Shown in pieces: positions 14,006 to 27,400 of a stretch of 64,000 nucleotides of DNA. The number at the start of each line of letters is the position of its first letter. The stretch's first letter is position 1. Source of the DNA: the human T2T-CHM13v2.0 reference genome, Homo sapiens; assembly GCF_009914755.1 (NCBI RefSeq), contig NC_060929.1. One strand, 5' to 3'. A program made the position numbers and the translations under genes. The notes under the pieces were generated by a model. It was not told the DNA's origin. It did not search any database and saw only the letters and a program-made list of their open reading frames with translations.

Positions 14006-14411
14006 TGTTCAAAATGAAGGTAATGTTTATTCAGGACCATTGCAATAGGTTCAGGGACCACTGCACCTGCGGTTTTGCAGCCAGGGAGAGAAATTGGGCT
14101 CAACTCTAAACACAGCAAGTTGGGAATGTACAGCCAAGTAGCAGGGTGAGGGTCAATGGATAGAAAATAACTAAGAGGAAGCATCAGGGGTGAGGGAGAT
14201 CCTGACTCAACTGACCCAACAGGATTCTTGCAGAGAAAGACCAGGTGATCAGACCCAGGGGGATGGTGGAGGATGAGGAACTCAAACTGATAACAAGGGT
14301 AGCAGGAGGAGTTATTTCTAAAGCTGGATTTTACAAGGAGTGGGGAAAAGAGGCATAAGGAGAAAGTTCAGAAGCCCAACTAAAATTTGGTCAAGCAAAG
14401 AATCTTTGTCA
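14006..14411 (-). mobile_element. ERV1 (MER4-group) solo LTR, MER93/MER31-like
   Basis: The reverse complement begins TGACAAAGATTCTTTGCTTGACCAAA...CTCCTTGTAAAATCCAGC. TG...CA termini with near-TSD atag/atgg. Confidence 0.65.
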
Positions 14412-14924
14412 ATGGACAGCCAGTGTTCAATATTTGATTGGAGATAGACCAAGTACTACCTTCTGGTCAATTGTTAAAAACATATAGAACTGAAGAATAC
14501 CTAGGTTCTTAAAATGATTCAAAATATTAGCAAAAACTCAGCAGAAGTTGGCAAAAATAATGTTAGAATAGCAGTGTTTCCAAGTATATGCTAGAAACTA
14601 AATTCTTAAGCACTCTGGAAATAATACAAAACTGTGAAGTTAGATCTGGGTTTTTTTCTGTCTATTTGGTTTCTTCATAAATGAGAATAATAATGCCAAT
14701 ATTACATAAGTCATGAACTAAATAAGATTATATGCATAAATTACCTATCATAGGACTTAATAGAGAAGGTAATTAATACACTGGGTTTCCCTTGATAAAT
14801 CACCTTCCATCTTTCATACAAATTTATTTTCAATGTAAAGTACAAAAGGCAGTTGGAAGAGATAAGAACAGGTAAAACTTTCCTGTTTACCCTGTGAATG
14901 TTAAATAGTTCAATCCATAAACAA

Positions 14925-15080
14925 TACAACAGCTAACATTTTGAAATAGCAAAGTGTGCTGGACACTGTTCTAAGTATCTTACATTAAATACCTCAATTA
15001 TCCTCCCCACAATCCTGTGAGGTCACTACTAGTGTTATCCTCTTGTAACAGTTGGGTAAACTGAAGCTTGGAGAAGTTTT
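14925..15080 (-). mobile_element. MIR SINE
   Basis: gtgtgctggacactgttctaagt...cctccccacaatcctgtgaggt...gtaaactgaagcttggagaagtt. Confidence 0.65.
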
Positions 15081-15295
15081 CAAAGAAGACCAAAAGATAA
15101 TCAGAAACAGAGAAGAATAACTTTGTGACAAATCTCAGAGTCCATTCTGAAACCCATGGTAGCATTGAACAGGGAAGGAAGCAATCTCAAAATGATAGAT
15201 TTTCCTTTGCTCAGAAACTGGAATTCTCATAGTAATGGTACCTTCTTCCTCTCTCTCCTCCCATGTTCAGAAAAAAGTTACTGCATGAGGTAGAG

Positions 15296-15520
<225 letters not shown>

Positions 15521-17204
15521 TAGAGTCACTGCACATGCTTAGAACTGATAGAAGCTTGATTCTTTTTTATCAGCAGTGCCCCCCCACCACCACCCCAAGA
15601 TAAGACTTTTTAAAATAGTGGCTAACATTTTTCTGTCATAATTATTTATTTCTTAGCCAAAAGATAAGCCAACAGTTGCTTAGAGTAGCATTTTTTTCAA
15701 CTTCACCGTGCACAATGGTCTGTGTGACTTTTTCCCTCACTACCCCAGGATTCAAACACATTCATAAACATGCTCCAAAATCACCTGAGTTGCAAAAACA
15801 TCGCTTGTATAAAAGAGTTGCACCATAACTGATGATTGATGTTGTCTAACCCAGAGAACTATATTGCAATGAAGTTGAGGATTAATCGTTAAATGTGATA
15901 ATAATCCTCTATCTTTGTTTACATCTGTAATTAATGCAGTTCAGGAAGAAGCCCTTGAAACCTTATGTAAACAAGGTCTATCCTTACTGGAATAGATTAC
16001 AGCCATATGTCACCGTTCAAAAGGTAATTGGTACATTTCATTAGAAAGTAATTGAAAAAAATTATTTTAATGCCTCATAATAAATAATCCTGATAAACAT
16101 TATTAGCAGAGATATCTGTACCATGTAGAGAATTTGCTTTGCATCAAAAGATGGCATATGCTATATATCATTCTTGGATTTTTCTGAGGAGCTTTTACTT
16201 GCCTTGTGATTGAATAAAGACTAGTACACAATTACATGCGAAGCTTTCCTTTGAGAACAAGTCCTTCTTATAGCCACATGCCTTTACCATCCCCCTGACT
16301 GGCATTGACAGTAAGGCCTTAGTTTACTCTCTATCTCTCCGGTGAAAATCTCCCACGTGTATTAACAGAAATACTTCTAACAGTGGCTTAATGCAAAGGC
16401 CTCAGAGGCAGTGAGACTAGGCTGTGAGCTCTCATGCTTTAGCTACGTGGAATTGATGATGGGATCTATCTCTCAGGGTTGTAGCAAGCATGAAATGGGA
16501 TGATACACATAAAGGATTTAAGTAATTCTTGGAATACAAGAAGCACTCAATGAATATTACTAAATGATATCATCATTATCTTTTCTATCAGTGTCTTACT
16601 GCCTGATCTTTTAAGATTAGCCATCCCAGGCTGACCTTTTATTTAAATTACATTATAAAATCAAGGTTAGTATATATAAGTAATTTTTCTCCATTCAGTA
16701 AAATGTGCAATATTCTCGTTACCAGCCATAGGCAGAACTAAAAATAACTTCTAACATCCCATGTCCCCCTCTCCTCAGCAAGGCCCTGAAGTGAAAACAG
16801 AACAATTCTTTTTAGAGTTTCATAACTTTGTGAGCTACTATGTAGATTAAAGCCATTCCATTTAGTTCTTCAACAAAGGAAGTGCAAAAATCCCAAGAGG
16901 CCAAGTAAAATGAAATTATACTTCTGACAGGGAACCACCTGAAATATCAAAACAATGGCCAAAAAGAGGCAAGTTAAAAATTTTTCATTGTGCATCTCCA
17001 ATACTTCAGCAGCATTTGAGAGGTTTTCTCCACCTCCTTTCACAATTGTACCACAATATAGTCCAGACCTACACTAAAGACAATATACACATTTATTACA
17101 AGTATATAATTAGAATTTTTATTACCTTTAAGATTCAGATAAGTGAACACTTATCCAAAATCACAGGTCTACTAAGTAAAATGTCAGACCCTAGATTCTG
17201 TGCA

Positions 17205-20200
17205 GTTTTTTTTAGCTTTTATGTGAAGTTCAGGAGTACAAGTACAGGTTTGTTACATAGGTAAACTTGTGACATGGGTGTTTGTTATACAGATTATTTC
17301 ATCACCCAGATATTAAGCTTAGTAACCATTCGTTATTTTCCCTGATCCTCTCTATCCTCTCACCCTGCCAAAATGCCCCAGTGCATGTTGTTCCCCTGTA
17401 TGTATCCATGTGTTCTCATAATTTAGCTCCCATTTATAAGTGAGAACATGCAATATTTGGTTTTCTGTTTTGTGTTTGTTAGTTTGTTAAGGATAATGAC
17501 CTCCAGCTCCATCCATATTCCTGCAAAGGATATGATTTCATTTTTTTATGGCTGCATAGTATTCCATGGTGTATATGTTCCACGTTTTCTTTATCCATGC
17601 TATCATTAATGGGCATTTAGGTTGATTCCATGTCTTTGTTATGGTGAATAATGCTGTAATGAACATATGCATCCATGTGTCTTTATAATAGAATAATTTA
17701 TATTCCTGTGGGTATATACCCTGTAATGGGATTCCTGGGTCAAATGGTAGTTCTGTCTTTAGGTCTTTAAGTTCTGTCTTTAGGTCTTTAAGGAATTGCC
17801 GCACTGTCTTCCACAGTGACTAAACTTATTTACACTCCCACCAACAGTGTATAAGCATTCCTTTTTCTCCACAACCTCACCAGTATCTATTATTTATTTT
17901 TTGACTTTTTAGTAATAGCCATTCCGACTGGTGTGAGGTATCTCATTGTGGTTTGGATTTGCATTTCTCTGATGATTACTGATTTTGAGCTTTTTTTCAT
18001 GTGTTTCTTGGCCACATGTATGTCTTCTTTTTGAAAAGTATCTGTTCATGTCCTTTGCCTACTTTTAACGAGGTTTTTTTGCATCTGACAAAGGTCTATA
18101 ATATCTAGCTTCTAGAAGGAACTTAAACAAATTTACAAGAAAAAAACAAGCAAATTTTGCAAAAATGTTCTCCCATTCTGTAGGTTGTCTATTTACTCTG
18201 TTGATAGTTTGTTTCTTTGGCTGTGCAGAAGCTCTTTAATTAGATCTCATTTGTCAATTTTTGCTTTTGGTGTTTCATCATTAAATCTTTGCCCATGCCT
18301 ATGTCCTGAATAGCATGTCCTAGGTTGTTTTCCAGGGTTTTCAGAGTTTTGGGTTTCACATTTAAGTCTTTAATCCATCTTGAGTGAATTTTTGTGTATG
18401 ATGTAAGGAACAGGTTCGGTGTCAGTCTTCTGCATATGGCTAGCCAGTTATCTGAGCACCATTTATTGAATAGGGAGTCCTTTTTCCATTGCTTGTTTTT
18501 GTCAGGTTTATCAAAGATCAGATAGTTGTAGGTGTGTGGTCTTATTTCTGGGTTTTCTATTTTGTTCCATTGGTCTGTGTCTGCTCTTCTACCAGTAGCA
18601 TGCTGCCTCCAGCTTTGTTCTTTTTGTTTAGGCTATTCGGGCTCTTTTTTGGTTCCACATGATTTTTAAAATAGTTCTCTAGGTCTGTGAAGAATGTCAA
18701 TGGTAGTTTAATAGGCATAGCATTGAATCTATAAATTGCTTTGGGCAGTATGGCTATTTTCACAATATTGATTCTTCCATGAGCATGGAATGTTTTTCCA
18801 TTTGTGCCATCTCATTGAGCAGTGGTTTGTAGTTCTTTAGAGACATTTCACTTCCCTGGTTAGCTGTATTCCTGGGTATTTTATTATTTTTGTGGCAGTT
18901 GTGTATGGGAGTTCACTCTTGATTTGGCTCTGGGCTTGACTGTTGTTGGTACATAGGAATCCTAGTGATTTTTGCACACTGATTTTGTATTCTGAAGTTG
19001 CTTCTCAGCTTAAGAAGCTTTTGGGCTAAGACCATGGGGTTTTCTAGCTATAGAGTCATGTCATTTGTAAACAGGGATAGTTTGACTTCCTGTCTTCCTA
19101 TTTGAATGCCCTTTATTTCTTTCTCACCTGAATACCCAGGTGAGAACTTCCAATACTGTGTTGAATAGGAGTGGTGAGAGAAGGCATCCTTGTCTTGTAC
19201 TGGTTTTCAAGGGGAAATACTTCCAGCTTTTGCCCATTCAGTATGATACTGGCTATGGGTCTAATACTTAGTTTATCGTGTTTTTAACATGAATGGATGT
19301 TGAATTTTATCAAAAGCCTTTTCTGCATCTATTGAGATAATCATGTTGTTTTTGTCTTTAGTTCTGTTTATGTGATGAATCACATTTGATTTGTATATGT
19401 TGAACCAGCCTTGCATCCTGGGATTAAGCCTACTTATTTGTGGTGGATAAGCTTTTTGATGTGCTGCTGGATTCAGTTTGCCAGTATTTTATTGAGGATT
19501 TTTGCATCAATGTTCATCAAAGATATTGGCCTGAAGGTTTCTGTTTTTTTCTATCTTTGCCAGGTTTTGGTATCAGGATGATGCCTCATAGAATGAGTTA
19601 GGGCAGAGTCCCTCCCTTCTCAATTTTTTGTCACAGTTTCAGTAGGAATGGTAGCTCTTCTTCATACATTTGGTAGAATTCAGCTGTGAATCTGTCTGGT
19701 CCTGGGCTCTTTTTGGTTGGTAGGCTATTTATTACTGCCTCAATTTCAGAACTCGTTATTGGTCTATTCAGGGAGTCAGTGTCTTCCTGGTTCTGTCTAG
19801 GGAAGGTGTATGTGTCTACAAATTTATCTATTCTAGTTCATGAGCACAGAGGTGTTCATAATATTCTGTGATGGTTGTATTTCTTTGGGGTCAGTGGTAA
19901 CATCTCCCTTGTCGTTTCTGATTGTGTTTATTTGAATCTTCTCTTTTCTTCTTTGTCTGCCTAGCAGTCTACCTATGTTATTAATTCTTTCAAAAAACCA
20001 GCTCCTGGATTCATTTATTTTTTTGAAGGGTTTTTCATGTCTCTCTTTCAGTTCAGCTCTGATCTTGCTTTGAGATTTGCTAGCTTTGAGGTTTGTTTGC
20101 TCTTGGTTCTCTACTTCTTTTTGGTGTTGGATTGTTAACTAGAGAGCTTTCTAACTTGTCCATGTGAGCATTTAGCGCTATCAATTTCCCTCTTAACACT

Positions 20201-23200
20201 TCCTTAGCTGTGTCCCCGAGATTCTGATACATTGTTCTTAATAATTTCAAAGAACTTATTGATTTTTGCCTTAATTTCATTATTTACCCAAGAGTCATTC
20301 AGGAGTATGTTGTTCAATTTCCATGTAGTTGTGTGGTTTTGAGTGATTGTGCTTTGGTTTGAGAGACTGTTATTATTTCAGTCATTTTGCGTCTGCTGAG
20401 GAGTGTTTTACTTCTGCTTGTGTGATCAATTTTAGAGTAACTGCCATGTGGCAATGAGAAGAATGTATATTCTGTTGTTTTGGGGTGGAGAGATCTGTAG
20501 ATAACTATCAGGTCCGTGTAATTTAGAGCTGAGTTCATGTCTTGAATATCTGTCTCAATGATCTAATATTGTCAGTGGGGTGTTAAAGTCTCCCACTAAT
20601 ATAGTATAGGAGTCTGAGTCTCTTTGAAGGTCTCTAAGAACTTGCTTTATGAATCTGGGTGCATATTTATTTAGGAGAGTTAGCTCTTCTTGTTAAGTTG
20701 AACCTTTTACCATTATGTAATGCCCTTCTTTGTATTTTTTAATCTTTATTGGCTTAAAGTCTGTTTTGGCAGAAACTAAGATTACAACCCCTGCTTTTTA
20801 ATGTTTTCCATTTCCTTAGTAGACTTTCCTCCATCCCTTTATTTTGAGCCTATGTGTGTCACTACATGTGCGAGGGTCTCTTGAAGATAGCATACAAATG
20901 GATCTTGGTTCTGTATTCATACATGTGTATTTGATCCTCTCATCATGATCTTAGCGGGTTATTTTGGAGACTTTATGTGGTTGCTTTATATTGTCATCAG
21001 TGTGTTTTTGTAGTGGCTGGTAATGATCTTTCTTTTCCATATTTAGTGCTTCTTTCAGAGCTCTTGTAAGGCAGATTGATGGTAACAAATTCTCTCAGCA
21101 TTTGTTTGTCTGAAAATGATCTTATTTCTCCTTGTCTTATGAAGAATTCTAGGTTGGAATTTATTTTAAAGAATGTTGAATACTGTCCCCCAATCTCTTC
21201 TGGCTCATAGGGTTTATGCTGAAAGGTCTTCTGTTAGTCTGATGGGTTTCCTTTTGTAGGTGACCTGTCCTTTCCCTCCAGCTGCCTTTAACTTTTTTTT
21301 TTCCTTTCCACCTTGTAGAATCTGATGATTATGTGTCTTAGGGATGATTTTCTCATGGAAAATCTTACTGGAGTTCTCTGCATTTCCTGAATTTGAATGT
21401 TGGCCTCTCTACCTAGGTTGGGGAAGTTCTCATGGATGATATCCTGGAACATGTTTTCTAAATTGGCTCCATTCTCCTCATCTTTTTCAGGTACAACAAT
21501 CAGTCATAGATTTGGTCTCTTTACATTATCCCATATTTCTCAGAGGTTTTCATCATTCCATTTCATTATTTTTTCTCTAGTCAGAAAGGCAGTTTTCAAG
21601 CTCTGAAATTCTTTCCTCTGCTTGGTCTTTTCTGCTGTTAATACTTGTTATTGCATTACAAAATTCTTGTAGTCTGTTTTTTACCTCTATCAGTTTGGTT
21701 GCATTCCTCTCTATACTGGCTATTTTGGCTGTCAGTTCCTGCAATGTTTTATCATGATTTTTAGCTTCCTTGCATTGGGTTACAATGTACTCTTTTATTT
21801 AGCTCAGTCAACTTTGTTCTGATCCATATTCTGAATTCTACTTCTGTCATTTCAAACCCTTGCTGGTGAGGTAGTATGGTCATTTGATAGGAATAGGGCA
21901 CTTTAGCTTTTTGAGTTTTCAGTGGTTTTGCACTGATTCTTTCTCATTTTGGTAGGCTTATCTACCTTCAGTCTTTGAGGTTGCTGACCTCTGGATGGTT
22001 TTTTTGTTTTGTTTTAAACAGTCTGGCCACTTTTCTTAAGGCCTGCTGCAGTTTGCTGGGGATCCACTCCAGTCCCTAATCACCTCAGATTTTCCAGTAC
22101 CTGGAGGTATCACCAGTGAAGGCTGTGAACAGCAAAGATGGCAGCCTCCTTCTTTCTCTGGGAGCTCCATCCCAGAGAGGCCTGAAACCTCTGTCAGCCA
22201 GAGACCCTGGTTGGGAGGCTCCACCCAGTGATGAGGAATGGGGTCAGGGACCTTCTGTGCTGGGGTACTACTTTCACCCGCAGTCAGCTTGGACTCTCCA
22301 AAGCCCAAAGGCTGGAACTACTAAGCCACCCAAACAGCACAGATGGCAGCCTGCCCCCCACTGCCTCTGGGAGCTCTGTCCCAGGGAGTTTTCAAATCTC
22401 TGTCAGCTGGAGAGCACTGGCAGGGGTGGCTGGAGGCCCCAGTTGTGAGGTTCTTCCCTGTGAAGAGGAACAGGATCAGGCATCTGCTTAAAGAAACAGT
22501 CTTGCTATGTTTTTGTAGAGCAGCTGTGTTGTGCTAGGGGGTATCCCTTCTGCCCCAGTCAGATTGGACTCTCCAAACAGTAAAGATGACAGCCTGCCCC
22601 TCCCCTCAGGAGCTCTGTCCCGGGTAGGTGCAACACTGCTACTGGTGGCTGGCTGGAATTCCAACCCAGTGGGTCTTATCCTGTGAGGTGCCATAAAAGC
22701 AGGGCCCGCAGACCATCGCTGCTTTGCCCCCTGGATTCAGCCACTTTCCTAGGGGTATCTATGGTGGTCTAACCTCCTGCTTTGCCAGAGTTGCAGCTAC
22801 TTGTGCTGGGAAGCCTGGAAAACCAGAGTATCTAAAGTTCCCAGGTCTCCTGTGTGCCTGAGAAGCTGCTGTGCCAAGACTCCATGTAGCTCTGTGTGTC
22901 AGACTGAAGGCCCTGGTGGAGTGGGTTTATGAAGGGATCTACTGATCTGAGGGTTGCAAAGATCCATGGGAGAAGAGTTTTCCTGGGATCACACAATCAC
23001 TCGCTGCTTACCTTGGCAAGGGAGGTTCCCTTGGCTCCACATTCTGCTCCCAGATGGGCCGTCGTCCTGCCTTGCTCTTCTCCATTCTCTGTGGGTCGAG
23101 TTGTTTCCTTGATTAGTCCCAGTGTTGACTGTCTGGATGTGTCAGTTGGCAGTGCTGTATTTACTTGCCCCTTCCTTCCTTTCCTCTCTGTGAGAGCCAC

Positions 23201-23235
23201 GCATCCTATCTGCTTTTAGTTGGCCATCTTGGCCA
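17205..23235 (-). mobile_element. Near full-length, inactive old primate L1 (approximately L1PA13-type), antisense to SGCD
   Basis: T-tract and 3'UTR at 17205+. ORF2 remnants in the ORF track (TWNQPKCP...YTMEYYAAIKK; [18 protein letters not shown]; EYTFFSLPHGSYSKIDH). ORF1 remnant at ~20900-21900. GC-richer 5'UTR at 22030-23235 ending in gccatcttggcc (YY1-type 5' end). Many indels. Confidence 0.92.
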
Positions 23236-23569
23236 CTCTTTGTGTTTACTTACTCTGCTTTATTGCAGTTTTGTTCATCCTGAATTAGAGCACAGAAAGC
23301 CATAGGATAAACTTGACACATCTTCCTGGAGAATATTTTACCCAAAGATTTGGATACAAATCAAATAACTCACAAATGATAAACTATTATTTTTCATTAA
23401 ATAGGGATATTGTATATGGTACAACACCAAATTTGTATAACTTTTGAAGCTGAACAGAAGAGATTTCCATAAAAAACACTTACCTTTTAGTGAGTCTGTG
23501 TGTCTGTGTCCCAGACCCCCAGAGGAATGCACTAATCCTCTATGAGAGCTGGCAATTCAATGGAAAGTT

Positions 23570-23790
23570 TTAAGAAGGCTACTTTGAAGCCAGATAGTCC
23601 TGGTTACCTGAGCCCCATCTCCAAGTGAATGACAGGGTGGACTTGGGCAAGTCATTCCACCTTACTGAGCCTCATCTGTTCAATAGGGATTCTACCACAT
23701 ACTGCATAGGATGTATTGAGAACTCGCGGGACCATATGAAAGTCTGAAAGCATCGTTGGTGTTCACTACATAGTGATTATTATTATTGAA
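23570..23790 (+). mobile_element. MIR SINE
   Basis: actttgaagccagatagtcctgg...acttgggcaagtcattccaccttactgagcctc. Confidence 0.6.
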
Positions 23791-24254
23791 TGTAATCACT
23801 TTAATCACTTTCCAAATATGCCTTCTGACTTGTTCAGCCCTCAGCTTTCACATAATCCCCCAGCTAACCCTACTGAGACCAACACCAGAACGACCTCCAT
23901 ATCGCTTTTAAATACCATTTCAGGCTTCTCATGTTACCATTTTCACTAACAGAGGATCCTGAAATGGGTAATATAAAATTGCAAAGTAGGTAAGCTAGTT
24001 ACTAACCAAAATATTTATTTAATGGCTGGACCAAAGATAGAAGTTTTTCAATTTGTATCCAATAGATAACCATTTAAAATGATATATATTATTTTAAATG
24101 TATACATTCACATCACCCAGAGTCTCTTGACACAAATTAAGTACTTCCTCAATTTTATCTGATTACAATGTACTTTTTCCCAGAGCCCTAAAACTCAGTC
24201 TATTACTGTAGCATTTGTTCATTCCAGTAAATAGTGGCAGTTTTCAGGTAACAT

Positions 24255-24435
24255 TTAAAAGCATGGGTTCTAGTGATAGAGTTGCAGTGGGAACATCTAC
24301 TCTGCTGCTAGCTGAGTTACCTTAGGCTTAACTTCCCCCAACTAACTGTAAGGTGGGGATAATAATATTAATGTGACTTCTTCCTACAATGTTTTATTTA
24401 GCACATTGCCTACTGTATAGTAAGTATGCAATAAT
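24255..24435 (+). mobile_element. MIR SINE
   Basis: aaaagcatgggttctagtgataga...ctgtaaggtggggataataata...agcacattgcctactgtatagtaagt. Confidence 0.55.
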
Positions 24436-27400
24436 TTTTAGGTATAAATTTTAGTAAGTGGCTTTTAAAAAATTAAGCTTGAATGAGGTATAGTTATTTA
24501 CATATAAGACACTAATATTGTTTTCAGCCTTCCTAGAGCTATGTGGATCACCTACTTTGCTCCCCACAGAGAGGGATTCCTGTACAATATATCAGTAAGT
24601 GGACACAGAATACTCTTGAGGATGTCTACTGAAGGCTAGCATGGGGGATGAAGAGAGCACAGGGTGACCACTTGACTCAGTGCAGGAGATCTCTTACATT
24701 ATAATCATATGGCAGGCAGTATACTTACATTGACTATTAATCTTCCAGAATCTATTTGCTGCTAAGAAACATGAAGTGTGTTTCAGGGCTGAGAGATGGA
24801 CCCTTTCAATTGCTAGTCCAACCCTCTCATTGTATACAGGAGAATGGGTCCCCATCGCGAGTTAGTGGCTAACTCAATGACAGGCATCTCCTCCTAATCC
24901 AGAGCTCCTTCTATGATGCACTGCCCCATAGGCTGAACCGATTTTCAATCCTGATCAAAGCTAGAGATTTCATTTAAATGAAAAATCCAAATAACATTTG
25001 TGAATGTATTACTTTTAATTGCTAATTAAAATAATCAACAGCCTAGCTGTCTGTTACACATGGAGTCAAGTTAGTTGCATGGGTCATTAGATGTTCTGAG
25101 AGCATTAGGTCTTATTGGGAAGACTTGAAAAATCAGTACTCTAATGAAAATTGAGAAGATGGAAATGTACATCTTTTCTTTGATATTCAAATCAATTATT
25201 TAGTTTCTATCTCACTTTAGAAAGAATCACAGTGTAAAGAATGTAATAGTTTGGGGATGGAGGGTATGGGGAGGACCATAAAGAGAGTCCCTCTGGAAAC
25301 TGCTATTGTGATGTTTGTAGTTTCATATGCAGTCACCTTGGAAACCTCGAGTTCTGAGGAACACCATTTGCTACAAAATCCCAGCTTCTATTCACAGTTC
25401 AGAAGCCATGTTAGGCTACTAAGGCACAGTATTTATGATCAGTTTTGACCTCTGGCAAAAGTAGTTGACAAATTCTACAGACAATCTGTCAAGCTTTTCC
25501 TCTCTCATAGTTGTTAAAGTTTTAGCATGGAAGAAGAATGGACTATTTTTAGCCACTTACCTTTGAACATTTTGGATTAAAATTACTCTGCGTTCCAGTT
25601 CTTTGCAGTCTGTTATGTGGCCACTACATACAACAGGATGCCTCTTGTGGATAAGGAACACCAGAGAGGGGATTAGAGTTAGGAACAAAAGAAATCATCA
25701 GTTCTAACCAGTTTGAGGGGGGAATGACTACACTAACACCAATCACTGCCATATCGTAAGGCTTCACCTACATTTCCACATTTCGTCTTTATAACAGTGC
25801 TACAAAGAAGACACCAATATCTCTTTTGAACATGAGAAATAGCTCAGCCTCAAAAAGCCTTCTCCAAGGTGAAACATCCAGCAGACATCCAGCAGATGAG
25901 GTGCTTGGGCTCAAAATCCTGAGTCTGAAGCTCAAGCTTTAAAGAAATATCCTACATTCCCTTCTAAGAAATTTGGAATAAAAAATTGTAGGTGGCATGA
26001 AATTGCTAATAAGTTAGAAGTAAGAATAAGGTATTTAAGATATATTAAGAGGGGGAAACATCTAAAAGGTAACATAACAAAATATGGCCCTAGCATCATA
26101 TTTTTTTTTCTAAGTTCAGTGAAAGATAACACTAATGAGACTGCCAATTCTAATGCAACTAGACTGCAATAATAATCTTAAGTTGTTCAGAATCATACCA
26201 AGAAGGGAAAGAAAGGAAAGTGTGCTCATTTGGCCCTAGACCTTGCTCAGAACATAGCAAGAGCATTGCATTCAACACGAGGCAGCAGGTTCTAAGAGGG
26301 AAGTCAATTCAAACAAATATTTCCTGCACGCCTTGATGCTGGGCATAAACCAAGTAGAATTATCACATTTACAGAGCTTAATCTAGAAGAAGAGATAAAT
26401 TAAAACAAGTAAAGAGACAAATAAATAATTGCAAATTGCGTCCAGTGGCATGAAGGAAATGGATATATTAAGAGTAAGAACAGAAGGTGGGCCTCCCATT
26501 TCCTGCAGGGTAGGATGACCAAGAAGATCACTCTAGTCTACTTGCTGGAGGATCTGTCAAATATCCTCTTCAGCCTGGATAAAAAAACTTCAAAATAGCC
26601 AGAATGCTTGTCTTTATAAACTGTGTGTATTTACCTATGGAAGCTGCAGATGACATATGTTACAGGAAGATATTTCTACCCAATAAATATAAAAGCTACT
26701 TTTAAACAATCAGAACCATGGATTATTATGAAAACATACTAGTGAGGAATCAGAGACCTGGGTTTAATCTACAAGTCTCTAAGCACATGGTCTTGGCCAC
26801 AATGTTTGTTTAACCGCTCTGAACCTCCCTTGCCTCCTGCCACAAATGGAACTGGTACTAGATACCAGCTAGAATGCCCAACTCAAAAAGCACATCCATG
26901 GTATATAATATGGATTCACTTATGGTTTATGAATCTAAATCTGTCAGTGATACTTGCCATGGACTTTAATTAGAAAACCCTAGGCCTCTGCAGTTCCTTT
27001 GAATCAGACTCTGAAAAAGCTTAACTCAAAAATAGAAGATGAGTCACAAGTGTTGCAGGAAAATGATGTCATAATTTTATTGTCAAAATTATTAATATCC
27101 AGGCAGAAAACTAATTGGACCATGGAGTTGAACATGATGGTAGCCAATATCATGTTCTTAAAGTTGCCTGGCATTAAAATCTCACTCACCGTTACTTCAA
27201 ATGTCCCATTACATTGATACAGACCAGGCTCTTCAATATGGCTGTTGGTTCATTAGTGTTGATCAAACAGCACAGCTAAAATATGGGAACAATTTTTAAA
27301 GTGGTTTTCTGGAAGTAGAAATTAAACTGAGCTCTTGAAGATTCAACGAGTGCTAATGAACTTCAGGTCAATGAAGAAATTGTTTGAAAAATATATACAC

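Noticed and set aside
17205-23235. Retrotransposition-competent L1
   Set aside because: ORF1 and ORF2 are broken by many stops, indels and an inversion, and the 3'UTR is of an old subfamily type.
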